64,000 bases of DNA, taken from assembly GCA_036667955.1 (NCBI GenBank), contig JAVWTB010000011.1, forward strand, positions 85,045-149,044. Reading direction: 5' to 3'. How positions within the stretch are numbered: position 1 is the first letter of the stretch; every line of letters starts with the position of its first letter. This document shows positions 1 through 9,029 of the stretch, piece after piece. Below the pieces are notes generated by a model, which did no database searches, had not been told where the DNA came from, and was given only the letters and a program-made list of their open reading frames with translations. The DNA comes from Comamonas sp. (GTDB lineage: Bacteria; Pseudomonadota; Gammaproteobacteria; Burkholderiales; Burkholderiaceae_C). Both the position numbers and the translations under genes were made by a program.

Positions 1-1
1 T

Positions 2-127
2 GACGCAGGGCCGGTGGACGAGGTCTTCTCGCGCCCCGGCAGCGCCTATACGCGTGAGCTGATCGCCGCCATTCCCGGAAAAAAACACCACCATGCACCC
101 GAGCCCCTCACTGAACTTGCCGCCTAG
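2..127 (+). CDS. 3' end of peptide/nickel-type ABC transporter ATP-binding protein (partial)
   Basis: Frame 2 reads ...EVFSRPGSAYTRELIAAIP...* (TAG 125-127), the typical C-terminal motif of dipeptide/oligopeptide ABC ATPases; overlaps the start of the next ORF. Confidence 0.7.
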   Translation, partial: DAGPVDEVFSRPGSAYTRELIAAIPGKKHHHAPEPLTELAA

Positions 128-1190
128 AAAACGCCTGGGCTTTTTCAGCCGCCTGCTGGACCCGACCAGCGCCGCTGAACGCTACCGCCTGGTGACCGCG
201 CAGATCCAGCATGCCGAGGCCCATGGCTTTGACACCGCCTGGGTAGCGCAGCACCACTTTCATGAAGCCGAAGGCGGCCTGCCCGCGCCGCTGGTGTTTC
301 TGAGCCATGTGGCCGCGCGCACCCAGCGCATTCGCCTGGGCACCGGCATCGTCACCTTGCCGATGGAAAACCCGATCCGTGTGGCTGAGGATGCGGTGGT
401 GCTCGATCTGCTGTCGGCCGGCCGGCTGGAGTTTGGCGTGGGCACCGGCGGCACGCCAGAATCCTTTACCGCCTTTGGGCTCAACAGTGCTGACCGTGCC
501 AGCATCTATGCCCAGCACCTGGCCGTGCTGCGCAATGCCTGGGCGGGGCTGCCTTTGCCTGGTGGCGATCGGCTCTACCCCGCTGGGCCGCAACTGTTGT
601 CTCGCATCTGGCAAGCCACGTTCTCGGCCGCTGGCGCCGAGCGCGCTGGCCTGGCAGGCGACGGGTTGATGCTGTCGCGCACCCAGCCGCGCAGTGCCGA
701 GGCGCCCGATGCCAGCCTGGCCGAGATTCAGAACCCCTTGATTGATACCTACCTGGCGGCGTTGCCAGCAGGCACGGCGCCGCGCATCTTGGGCTCGCGC
801 ACCCTGTTTGTCGCCGAAGACCGCCAGCGTGCCTTGCAGCTGGCCGATGTGGGCTTGCGTCGCAGCCTGGCCAGAGCCGCTGCTGCAGCCTCCGGACAAG
901 CGGCAAGGTTCGGGCCCGATGCGCCGCTGGCGCAACTGCTGGCCGCTTACGACGTGCATGTGGGCACACCTGATGAGGTGATTGCATCGCTGCGCGCCGA
1001 TAGCGCCCTGGCCCGTGCGACGGATATCTCTTTTCAGGTGCATGCCATCGACCCGCCGCATGCCGACATCCTGCACTCGATTGCGCTGACGGCGCAGTAC
1101 GTGGCCCCGGCGCTGGGCTGGCAGCGCGAGGATGCGCTGGCGCCGCAAGCAACGGCCTCTTTCCCCGTGCCGGTGCCGGCACTGGCCTGA
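93..1190 (+). CDS. Luciferase-like (LLM class) FMN-dependent monooxygenase, KPN_01858-like family
   Basis: RLGFFSRLLD, WVAQHHFH, RIRLGTGIVTLPME, GRLEFGVGTGG motifs; context with CMD/AhpD genes. Confidence 0.9.
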   Translation: MHPSPSLNLPPRKRLGFFSRLLDPTSAAERYRLVTAQIQHAEAHGFDTAWVAQHHFHEAEGGLPAPLVFLSHVAARTQRIRLGTGIVTLPMENPIRVAEDAVVLDLLSAGRLEFGVGTGGTPESFTAFGLNSADRASIYAQHLAVLRNAWAGLPLPGGDRLYPAGPQLLSRIWQATFSAAGAERAGLAGDGLMLSRTQPRSAEAPDASLAEIQNPLIDTYLAALPAGTAPRILGSRTLFVAEDRQRALQLADVGLRRSLARAAAAASGQAARFGPDAPLAQLLAAYDVHVGTPDEVIASLRADSALARATDISFQVHAIDPPHADILHSIALTAQYVAPALGWQREDALAPQATASFPVPVPALA

Positions 1191-1209
1191 CTTTTTGGAG
1201 CGATGACTT

Positions 1210-1878
1210 ATGACTTCTGAATGGAACCCATCGGTGACCGATGATGTGATAGACCAGCTCTCCGGCATCCAGCCGGGCAGCCATCTGGACGCCGTGCGCC
1301 GCCACCGCCTGCAGGCGCGTGAGCAGGCGCAGCAAAGCTACTTGGCGCTGTTTGCGCCCCGCGCACCGGTGATTAGCAATTGGCCGCTGCCCGAGCGGCT
1401 GGCGGTAGCGGCCTTTGTGGCGGGCCTGCACCAGCAGCCGCAGTCGCAGCGCTTTTACCATGATGCGCTGGTCAGCCAGGCATCTGCCGCGCTGGTGCAA
1501 GCCATCGATGCCGAGGTGGCGCAGGGTACAACCGCAGGGCCTTATGGCCGCTATCCGCAAGGCCCCTTGAGCGCAGAAGACCAGGCTGGCGTGGTCTATG
1601 CGGTGGGCCCAGAAGCCGCTGCGGTGCTGGGCGAGCGTTTGGCCGCCGGCCTGGCGCATGCGCATCTGCTGGTGTTCCACCCCCGCGATGCCCAGCCGGC
1701 CTACCTGCAGGCCTTGCTGGACGCCGGCTGGGGCGAGACGGACATCGTGGTGCTGTCGCAGCTGGTGTCGTTTCTGGCCTTTCAGATCCGCGTGGTGGCG
1801 GGCCTGCGCCTGTTGCAGGCCCATCCCGCCCCGGCCCTATCCACCCCACAACCGACCGCCGAAGAGAGCGCAGCATGA
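1210..1878 (+). CDS. CMD (carboxymuconolactone decarboxylase-like) domain protein, Avi_7170-like
   Basis: HAHLLVFHPRDA...LLDAGW...IVVLSQLVSFLAFQIRVVAGL; lies between the LLM and AhpD-like genes. Confidence 0.8.
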   Translation: MTSEWNPSVTDDVIDQLSGIQPGSHLDAVRRHRLQAREQAQQSYLALFAPRAPVISNWPLPERLAVAAFVAGLHQQPQSQRFYHDALVSQASAALVQAIDAEVAQGTTAGPYGRYPQGPLSAEDQAGVVYAVGPEAAAVLGERLAAGLAHAHLLVFHPRDAQPAYLQALLDAGWGETDIVVLSQLVSFLAFQIRVVAGLRLLQAHPAPALSTPQPTAEESAA

Positions 1879-2486
1879 GCAAGCAAACCCTGCACTACCC
1901 GAACAGCACCGAGCCCCAGGTCTTCACCCAAGCCCAACTGGACTGGCTGCCCTGGATCGAGCCCCTGCCGGAGGCCGAGCTGACCCCGCGCCATGTCGAA
2001 GGCCTGGTCGATGCCTCACGTGCCAAATCACCGTACTTTCGGCTGCTGGCCCGCGACCCCGACACCTTGGGCGCACGCACCCGCACCGACAAGGACATCT
2101 TCTACAACCCCGATGGTGGCCTGCCCCGCGCCGAGCGGGAGCTGGCCGCTGCGGCCACCTCTCGCCTCAATGGCTGCATTTACTGCGCCTCGGTGCATGC
2201 CCGCTTTGCCTCGCACTTCTCGCGGCGCGAGGAGGATGTGCAAAAGCTGCTGGACGTCGGGGTGCAGGCCGATCTGGGTGAGCGCTGGAACGCGATCGTT
2301 GCCGCCTCGGTGGCCTTGACCGAGACCCCGCTGGCGCTGGATGCTTCGCATATCGATGGCCTGCGCCAGGCCGGGCTGGATGACTATGCGATTGCAGACG
2401 CCTTGCAAGGCGCGGCCTTCTTCAACTGGGCCAACCGGCTGATGCTGAGCCTGGGCGAGCCGGCACTGGAAGCTGCGCAGGGCTAA
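1875..2486 (+). CDS. Alkylhydroperoxidase (AhpD-like) domain protein, Avi_7169-like
   Basis: ERELAAAATSRLNGCIYCASVH with CxxC; FFNWANRLMLSLGEP; 4-bp overlap with the upstream gene. Confidence 0.88.
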   Translation: MSKQTLHYPNSTEPQVFTQAQLDWLPWIEPLPEAELTPRHVEGLVDASRAKSPYFRLLARDPDTLGARTRTDKDIFYNPDGGLPRAERELAAAATSRLNGCIYCASVHARFASHFSRREEDVQKLLDVGVQADLGERWNAIVAASVALTETPLALDASHIDGLRQAGLDDYAIADALQGAAFFNWANRLMLSLGEPALEAAQG

Positions 2487-2701
2487 ATCGGCCCAGCAGC
2501 TTGAAATGCCCTGGGAGGATGCGCAGCGCCACCCAGGGTTTTTTCTGGGCGAGGTCGATGCCGGGCTGGAGAAGAAAAAGAGCATACTTTGGCGCTGTAT
2601 CTCTTTTAATCCCTGGCTTCCATGCGCTTTCTTCTGCATCCCTCTAGCGGCGGCATATCGCAGCAGCTCTCTGCGCCCAGGCTGCTGGCGAGGGGCTGGG
2701 T

Positions 2702-4846
2702 ATGAAGCCCTTGCAAATTCTGCGCGCATGGCGGTGGCTGCTGGCGCTCAGCCTCAGCGTGGCCAGCGCCCAGGCTGCACCGCCTGACTACCAGGCTCTG
2801 TATGCCCACCCCGAGCGCCCCATGCCGGTGCAGCAGCACTGGCAGTTGCAGCCCGTGTCTGCGGCTGAGGCGCGGTGGGCCGATATCTTCATGTTCGAGA
2901 CCCGCTTCGATCCCCGGTTGATGGACCGCGTGCGCTGGCTCAGCCTGAACCCCGGTCAGAACACCGGCTTGTCGCCGGCCTTGTTCGATGCCTTGGAGGG
3001 GCACACGCTGTTCCTGTCCCCTGCAGCGCGCAGCTTGTGTGGTGGTCGCTGGCAGGTGGTGCGGGTGGAATCCATCAGCAACTCCAGCGTCAACAACACC
3101 TTGCAGCCTGCCACCAAGGTGTGGCTGGTGCAGCACAAGCCAGGCGGCAAGCTGGAGGCCACCACCGCTTACGGGCGCGTGGATGCGCAAGGCGACTGGG
3201 CGGTGCCGCCGCTGCGCTGCGACGGCAGCACCACGAACGCGGAATACTCCCCCGATGCCATCGCTTATCTGATGCCCGACGATGCCAAGCCCTTGCCGTC
3301 GAACCTGACGCTGGATCTGGTGTATGCGCAGCCGGGCCTGCGCGATGCCCGGGGCCGCTGGCTGGCGCCCGTGCCGCCCAGCGATATCACAACTGCGCAG
3401 TGGATGGACTACAAAAAGCAGATCATCACGCCCGGCTCGGGCGGCTCAGGTCTGATTGATCCACAAGGGCGCATGGTGATTCCGTTCATCTTTGGCAATT
3501 TGCCCGATGCGACGGCACAGCGCCGCATCGAGCTGTGCAGCAACGCCGGGCTGCGCCTGCTGCGCGACTCCCGAACGCCCCGCGTGTGCCGCTGGCAGCG
3601 CCTGCAGCGCAGCCAGGGCGGGGCTGCACTGCGGCCCGTCCTGGATGCGGCGAGCGGGCGATGGGGCTACCAGAATGCGCGCGGCCAATGGGTGATTGCG
3701 CCGCAGTTCCGCGAGGCGCGCCGGTTTCGCCATGGCTACGCGGTGGTGACCGCCGCTTTCCCGGATGCCTGGCGCCCGCCCGGCTGGCAAGACGAGGCGC
3801 CGATGATTCTGCAATTTTGGCGCATGGGCCGCTACTGGGTGGCTGAGGCGCTGGTGCGCAACGCATCGACCTCTGGCGAGTGGGCCCTGCGCGTTGGCCT
3901 GATGAACGATGCCGGGCAGTGGCTGGTGCCTGTGTCGCAGTACCCGCTGCAGATTACGGTGCCGTCCCCAGCCGGCGGCCGCAATGGCCTTTATGCCCAG
4001 ATGCTGGCGGCGCACTTGCCACCGCTGCTGGGCCGCAACGTGGAGATCAAGCATCTGCCCGATGCCAGCGTGGCCGACTACGACCGGGTGGCCGCGCAAG
4101 GCGGCGACCGCCAGGTCCTGTTCACAGCCATGACCCTTCCGCGCGGCGGCATTCCAGGCTTGCACCAAGGGCCGCCGATTGATATGGCGTTGCGATTGCT
4201 GCTGCCAGTGACCTTGGTCGCGTCGCAGCCCTTGGTGTTGGCCATTGACAGTACACAAGCCGAGTCGCTGGGCATTGACAGCACCGACGCGATGCTGGCC
4301 TACGCAAGAGCGAACCCGGGTCGTCTTCGGGTGGGAACGGGGGACGATGGCTGGATCGGGCAACTGGCGTTTTCCGAGCTGGTGGCGCGCAGCGGTGTTG
4401 ACATGGAGCGCGTGGTCTTCCCCGGCAGGTACCCCGACTCCGATGTGGTGACGAAGGCGCATGCGGTGGAGCTGGTGTTGGCCCCTGTCAATGGCGTGGC
4501 CACAGCGGTGCGGCGCGGCCAGCTGCGGGTGCTGGGCACCACGGCCGACCCGGCCCATCCGCAAAGCCTGGATGGGGTCACCTGGCCCACGCTGGGCTCC
4601 CATGCGTCCCTGGCGGGTTTGGCGGTCTACGACCACTTCATCCTCTGGGCAGCGGCCAACTCCGACGCCGCTGCCAACCGCCAGCTGCAGCAAGCCATCG
4701 CCCAGCTGCTGGCCAAGCCCGAGCTGCAAAAGCAGCTGCAAGACATCCAGGCCGTGGGCGGTGGCGACTCGCCCGAGCATCTGCTGGCGCTGGAGGCGCA
4801 GATGCGCGAGGCCTGGTTGCGCGCGCTGGCCTTAGCTGAGCACTGA
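2702..4846 (+). CDS. Secreted protein: WG (KWG-type) repeats fused to a C-terminal Bug/TctC-like solute-binding domain
   Basis: Signal peptide ending SAQA; about 5 WG-like units (e.g. WGYQNARGQWVIAPQFREARRFRHGYAVV, GLIDPQGRMVIPFIF); then YPLQITVPSPAGGRNGLYAQMLAAHL..LGRNV, resembling the TctC N-terminus, and later LRVLGTT, GGDSPE. Confidence 0.75.
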   Translation: MKPLQILRAWRWLLALSLSVASAQAAPPDYQALYAHPERPMPVQQHWQLQPVSAAEARWADIFMFETRFDPRLMDRVRWLSLNPGQNTGLSPALFDALEGHTLFLSPAARSLCGGRWQVVRVESISNSSVNNTLQPATKVWLVQHKPGGKLEATTAYGRVDAQGDWAVPPLRCDGSTTNAEYSPDAIAYLMPDDAKPLPSNLTLDLVYAQPGLRDARGRWLAPVPPSDITTAQWMDYKKQIITPGSGGSGLIDPQGRMVIPFIFGNLPDATAQRRIELCSNAGLRLLRDSRTPRVCRWQRLQRSQGGAALRPVLDAASGRWGYQNARGQWVIAPQFREARRFRHGYAVVTAAFPDAWRPPGWQDEAPMILQFWRMGRYWVAEALVRNASTSGEWALRVGLMNDAGQWLVPVSQYPLQITVPSPAGGRNGLYAQMLAAHLPPLLGRNVEIKHLPDASVADYDRVAAQGGDRQVLFTAMTLPRGGIPGLHQGPPIDMALRLLLPVTLVASQPLVLAIDSTQAESLGIDSTDAMLAYARANPGRLRVGTGDDGWIGQLAFSELVARSGVDMERVVFPGRYPDSDVVTKAHAVELVLAPVNGVATAVRRGQLRVLGTTADPAHPQSLDGVTWPTLGSHASLAGLAVYDHFILWAAANSDAAANRQLQQAIAQLLAKPELQKQLQDIQAVGGGDSPEHLLALEAQMREAWLRALALAEH

Positions 4847-5021
4847 CTGGGATGAGCCTGCGATTGGTCAAATAGGCTTATAAAGCAGTTGCGTTAGACT
4901 GCTGCATCCTCGCGCGGGGCCTGCCCGCGCTCCCACCATGACTTTTTGCCGGTCCGGCGACTGACCATGCGACGGGTGCTCTCCAACCGCTCTCTGCTGC
5001 GGGCTGGCTGCGGCAGCCGGT

Positions 5022-6140
5022 GTGTCTGAGACGACCGTGCTGGCCCCCAACACCATGAGCACTTCCCGCCCCTTGCTGACCGAGAGCGCCCGAACCGATA
5101 TTGCGCAGCGCGCCTATGCGCTGGACACCCAGGCCGAGCTGGCCAGCACCGTGCTGCCGATGCTGGCCCACCATGACCTGCTGCGCACCGGCCTGCCAGT
5201 GGCGCAAGGCGGCCATGGCGGCGATGTGCGCGATGCCATTGCGGCGATCGCCGAAGTGGCCAGCCTGTCGCTGACGACGGCCTTTGTGTTCTGGAGCCAG
5301 CGCGCCTTTATCCACTACCTGCAAGCCAGCGGTAACGATGCCGCGCGCGAGCGCTGGTGGGATGCTTTGCTGCGTGGCGATATCGCGGGCGCGGTGGGCC
5401 TGTCCAATGTGATCAAGTTTCTATCGCGCATCGAGGCCTTGCAGGTGCAGGCCAAGCTGGTGGCGCAGGGCTGGTGCCTGGATGGCGTGCTGCCTTGGGT
5501 GTCCAACGTGCGCAGCCAGGGTTTTGTGGTGGCTGCCGCCGTGCAGCCCGAAGGCGGTGGACAGCCGATGGTGGTGGCGCTGGAGAGCGGCCTGCCGGGC
5601 CTGCTGCGTTCGCCCGATCTGGACCTGCTGGGCATGCGTGCCAGCAACACGGCCGCGCTGCAGCTGAAGCAAGTCCAGGTGCCGCCCCAGGCCCTGCTGG
5701 CGCAGGCGGGGCCCGCATACTTGAAGGCGGCACGGCCGGGCTTTTTGGGCATGCAATGTGCGTTGTCGATCGGGCTGGCGCGGGCCGCGTTGCAGGCCGC
5801 CGCCCAGGGCGGCGGAGCGCGTGGCCCCTTGCATAGCCGTGTGACCGAGGCCCTGCAGACGCTGGGCCAGATCGAAGCGGGCGTTTTGGATGGCGTGCAG
5901 GACCAGCGCTGGGTGGCCGATGTGACGCCCTTGTTTGCGCAGCGCATGCGCCTGGCCGCGCTGGTGCAAGAAGCCTTGCAGCTGGAGCTGCAGGCGACCG
6001 GCGGCCGCGCCTACCTGCAGGACCAGCAGCCCGATTTTGGCCGCCGCTGGCGCGAATCGGCTTTTATCCCCATCGTGACCCCCAGCCTGACGCAGTTGGA
6101 GGGAGAGCTGGCACAACATGCCGCGCAGGTGACGGCATGA
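5022..6140 (+). CDS. Acyl-CoA dehydrogenase-like flavoprotein
   Basis: ACAD fold motifs (SLTTAFVFWSQR, LDGVLPWVSN, LLGMRASNTA, GGRAYL...RRWRESAF); start uncertain (GTG 5022 or ATG 5055). Confidence 0.8.
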   Translation: MSETTVLAPNTMSTSRPLLTESARTDIAQRAYALDTQAELASTVLPMLAHHDLLRTGLPVAQGGHGGDVRDAIAAIAEVASLSLTTAFVFWSQRAFIHYLQASGNDAARERWWDALLRGDIAGAVGLSNVIKFLSRIEALQVQAKLVAQGWCLDGVLPWVSNVRSQGFVVAAAVQPEGGGQPMVVALESGLPGLLRSPDLDLLGMRASNTAALQLKQVQVPPQALLAQAGPAYLKAARPGFLGMQCALSIGLARAALQAAAQGGGARGPLHSRVTEALQTLGQIEAGVLDGVQDQRWVADVTPLFAQRMRLAALVQEALQLELQATGGRAYLQDQQPDFGRRWRESAFIPIVTPSLTQLEGELAQHAAQVTA

Positions 6141-6958
6141 CGGCAACGCTTGCACCCTCGCAGGCCTTGCAGGGGCGGGGCCTGCGCTATGGCTACCGTG
6201 CCAGCCAACCGGTGTTTTCCGGTATCGACATCGATATCGACAGCCAGGAGATTGTGGCCCTGCTGGGCGGCAGCGGCTGCGGCAAATCGACCCTGCTGCG
6301 CACCTTGGCGGGGCTGCAGCCGCCCGATGCGGGAACCCTGCAGTTTTTGGATGCGCCTTTGCGGGCGCCGCACCCGCGCGCGGCCGTGGTGTTCCAGCAA
6401 GCGAGCTTGCTGCCCTGGCTGACTGTGCGGGACAACGTGGCCTTTGGCCTGGACTTCAAGCACCAGCCCCCGGCCACGCAGCAGGTGATTGCGCAGCGCG
6501 TGCAGGCCAGCATTGAGGCCGTGGGCCTGCGCGGCAAGGAAAAGTTGTTCCCGGCCCAGCTCTCGGGTGGCATGGCCCAGCGTGCGGCGCTGGCCCGTGC
6601 GCTGGCGCGCGAGCCGCGCCTGCTGCTGGCCGATGAGCCTTTCTCGGCGCTGGATGTACTCACCCGCAGCGACATGCAGGCGCTGCTGGTGGAGGTGGTG
6701 CACCGCTGGCATACCGCTGCCTTGCTGGTCACCCACGATATCGACGAAGCCCTGCTGGTGGCAGACCGCGTATTGCTGATGGGCAGCACGCCCGATGTGC
6801 AGGGCGGCGCAGGCCGCATTGTGCAGAGCTGGCGCATCGACATTCCCCACCCCCGGCGCATCGACGACGAGCGCATTGCGGCCATGCGGCTGGAGATACT
6901 GCATGCGCTCCAGGCATTGCGCAGCCCAGCGACCAGTCCCGCAGACAGCCCAGTTTGA
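6137..6958 (+). CDS. ABC transporter ATP-binding protein, nitrate/sulfonate/taurine type
   Basis: Walker A GGSGCGKS, signature LSGGMAQR, DEPFSALD, VTHD. Confidence 0.95.
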   Translation: MTATLAPSQALQGRGLRYGYRASQPVFSGIDIDIDSQEIVALLGGSGCGKSTLLRTLAGLQPPDAGTLQFLDAPLRAPHPRAAVVFQQASLLPWLTVRDNVAFGLDFKHQPPATQQVIAQRVQASIEAVGLRGKEKLFPAQLSGGMAQRAALARALAREPRLLLADEPFSALDVLTRSDMQALLVEVVHRWHTAALLVTHDIDEALLVADRVLLMGSTPDVQGGAGRIVQSWRIDIPHPRRIDDERIAAMRLEILHALQALRSPATSPADSPV

Positions 6959-6998
6959 AGTCCCCGACAGCGAAACATTACAAACGAGGAGAGAACCC

Positions 6999-8219
6999 AT
7001 GACTTACCAACATATCTGTACGTCCAGCCACTGCGACTGCGGCATCAGCCGCCGCGACTGGCTGCGCATTGCCGCCATTACCGGCGCAGCCGCCACGCCT
7101 TTGCTGCGCGCAGGCGATGCCTTTGCACAAAAGTTCAAGGGCGACGATGTGCCCGTGCGCATCGGCTACCTGGCGATTACCGATGCCACGCCATTCTTTG
7201 TGGCGCACAGCCGCAAGATGTTTGAGGCCGAAGGTTTGCAGACGGAAAAGCCGCGCCTGTTTCGCAGCTGGGCGCAGCTCATCGAGGCCTTTATTGCGGG
7301 CCAGGTGAATGTGGTGCACCTGCTCTCGCCCACCACCTTGTCGGTGCGCTATGGCTCCAAGTTCGGGGCCAAGGTGGTGGCCTGGAACCATATGAGCGGC
7401 TCGGCCATCACCGTGGCCCCCAACATCAACAGCGTGGCCGATCTGGCGGGCACCACCTTTGCGATTCCGTTCTGGTACTCCATCCACAACATCCTTATTC
7501 AGCAGGTGCTGCGCAAGAACGGCCTCACGCCGGTCACCAAGCCCAAGGGCACAGCGCTGGGCGCCAAAGAGGTGAACCTGGTCATCGTGCCGCCCGCCGA
7601 GATGGTGGCGGCGCTGGCCTCCAAATCGGTGTCGGGCTTTATCGTGGCCGACCCCTTCAATGCCGTGGCCGAGACCATGGGTGTGGGCAAGGTGGCGCGC
7701 TTCCTGGGCGATATCTGGAAGGACCACGCCTGCTGCCTGGTGACCCTGTCCGAGCGTGACATTGCCGAGCGCCCCGAATGGGCGCAGCGCGTGACCACGG
7801 CCATCGTCAAGGCGCAGCTGTGGACGCGCGAGCACATGGGCGAGACGGCCGAGCTGATGTCCAAGGACGGCGCCAACAAGTACACGCCGCACCCGCTGCC
7901 GGTGCTGCAAAAGGTGTTTGACCTGAAGGACTTTGAGCAGTACCGCGCCAAGGGCGTGCTGCAGCACCCCGAGTGGAACCAGCGCCGCATCGACTTCCAG
8001 CCCTATCCCTTCCCCAGCTACACGCAGGAGCTGGTCAAGGCCATGCAGGGCACCTTGATGGAAGGCAATGTGGACTTTATCCGCGAGCTGGACCCGGCCT
8101 TTGCGGCCAAGGATCTGGTCGATGACCGCTTCGTCAAGCAGGCGCTCAGCCAGGTGGGCGGGCTCAAGGCCTTTGGCCATGCGGATGACTTCAGCCGCAA
8201 GGAAGTGATCGCCGCATGA
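6999..8219 (+). CDS. ABC transporter substrate-binding protein, NrtA/CmpA-like, Tat signal
   Basis: Start ATG 6999 after GAGGAGAG; twin-arginine SRRDWL; VRIGYLAITDATP, FAIPFWYSIHN, WKDHACC. Confidence 0.9.
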   Translation: MTYQHICTSSHCDCGISRRDWLRIAAITGAAATPLLRAGDAFAQKFKGDDVPVRIGYLAITDATPFFVAHSRKMFEAEGLQTEKPRLFRSWAQLIEAFIAGQVNVVHLLSPTTLSVRYGSKFGAKVVAWNHMSGSAITVAPNINSVADLAGTTFAIPFWYSIHNILIQQVLRKNGLTPVTKPKGTALGAKEVNLVIVPPAEMVAALASKSVSGFIVADPFNAVAETMGVGKVARFLGDIWKDHACCLVTLSERDIAERPEWAQRVTTAIVKAQLWTREHMGETAELMSKDGANKYTPHPLPVLQKVFDLKDFEQYRAKGVLQHPEWNQRRIDFQPYPFPSYTQELVKAMQGTLMEGNVDFIRELDPAFAAKDLVDDRFVKQALSQVGGLKAFGHADDFSRKEVIAA

Positions 8220-8998
8220 TGCAGACGGGCAACGACAGCGGCAAACGCTGGGCGGCGCGCCTGGCCTGGCCGCTGCTGGGCATGGCCATCACCCTGGGGC
8301 TGTGGGCCGTGGCGGCGCAGCACATCTCTGATGTGGAGGTCATCCGGGCGGCGTTTGCGCCGCAGGCCGGGCTCAAGGCACTGGCGCATCTGCTGGGCAG
8401 CGGCGAGCTGTGGCCGCACATCAGCACCAGCCTGCAGCGCATTGCGATTGCACTGGCGTTGGCCATCGCCATCGGTGTGCCGCTGGGCCTGTGCCTGGGG
8501 CTGTCGCCGCTGTTTGCGCGCATCAGCGGGCCGACTTTCCAGTTCCTGCGCATGGTCTCGCCCTTGTCGTGGATGCCGCTGGCGGTGATGGCGCTGGGTG
8601 TGGGCGAGGCACCGGTGATTTTTCTGCTGGCTTTTGCCACCGTCTGGCCCATCATGCTCAACACTGCCGCTGGTGTGGCCGCGCTGGACCCGGCCTGGAT
8701 GCGCCTGGCGCACAGCCTGTCAGCCACGCGCTGGGAAACCATTGCCCGGGTGGTGCTGCCCGGTTGCATCAGCCATATCCTGACCGGCTTTAGGCTGGCG
8801 GTGGGCATTGGTTGGATTGTGCTGGTGCCCGCTGAGATGCTGGGCGTCTCCAGCGGTCTGGGCTATTTTGTGCTCGATACGCGCGATCGCCTCGCTTACG
8901 ACGAGCTGATGGCCGGCATCGTGGTCATTGGCTGCCTGGGCTTTGTGCTGGATTGGTTGGCCCGCACGGTCAGCGGCCACTGGATGCAGCGGGGCTGA
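8216..8998 (+). CDS. ABC transporter permease, nitrate/sulfonate type
   Basis: Hydrophobic; LRMVSPLSWMP, VVLPG...ILTGFRLAVGIGWIVLVPAEMLG. Confidence 0.95.
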   Translation: MMQTGNDSGKRWAARLAWPLLGMAITLGLWAVAAQHISDVEVIRAAFAPQAGLKALAHLLGSGELWPHISTSLQRIAIALALAIAIGVPLGLCLGLSPLFARISGPTFQFLRMVSPLSWMPLAVMALGVGEAPVIFLLAFATVWPIMLNTAAGVAALDPAWMRLAHSLSATRWETIARVVLPGCISHILTGFRLAVGIGWIVLVPAEMLGVSSGLGYFVLDTRDRLAYDELMAGIVVIGCLGFVLDWLARTVSGHWMQRG

Positions 8999-9029
8999 GT
9001 ATTGCGCACCCATAGCGCACCCATGGCGT

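Noticed and set aside
2506-2787. 93-aa ORF between ahpD and the WG-TctC gene
   Set aside because: Overlaps the real gene start in another frame; no coding features
4847-5021. Structured-looking leader before the ACAD-like operon, considered as a riboswitch
   Set aside because: I could not match the SAM-II, SAH, TPP, FMN, glycine, guanidine or fluoride cores by eye; an Infernal/Rfam scan would be decisive
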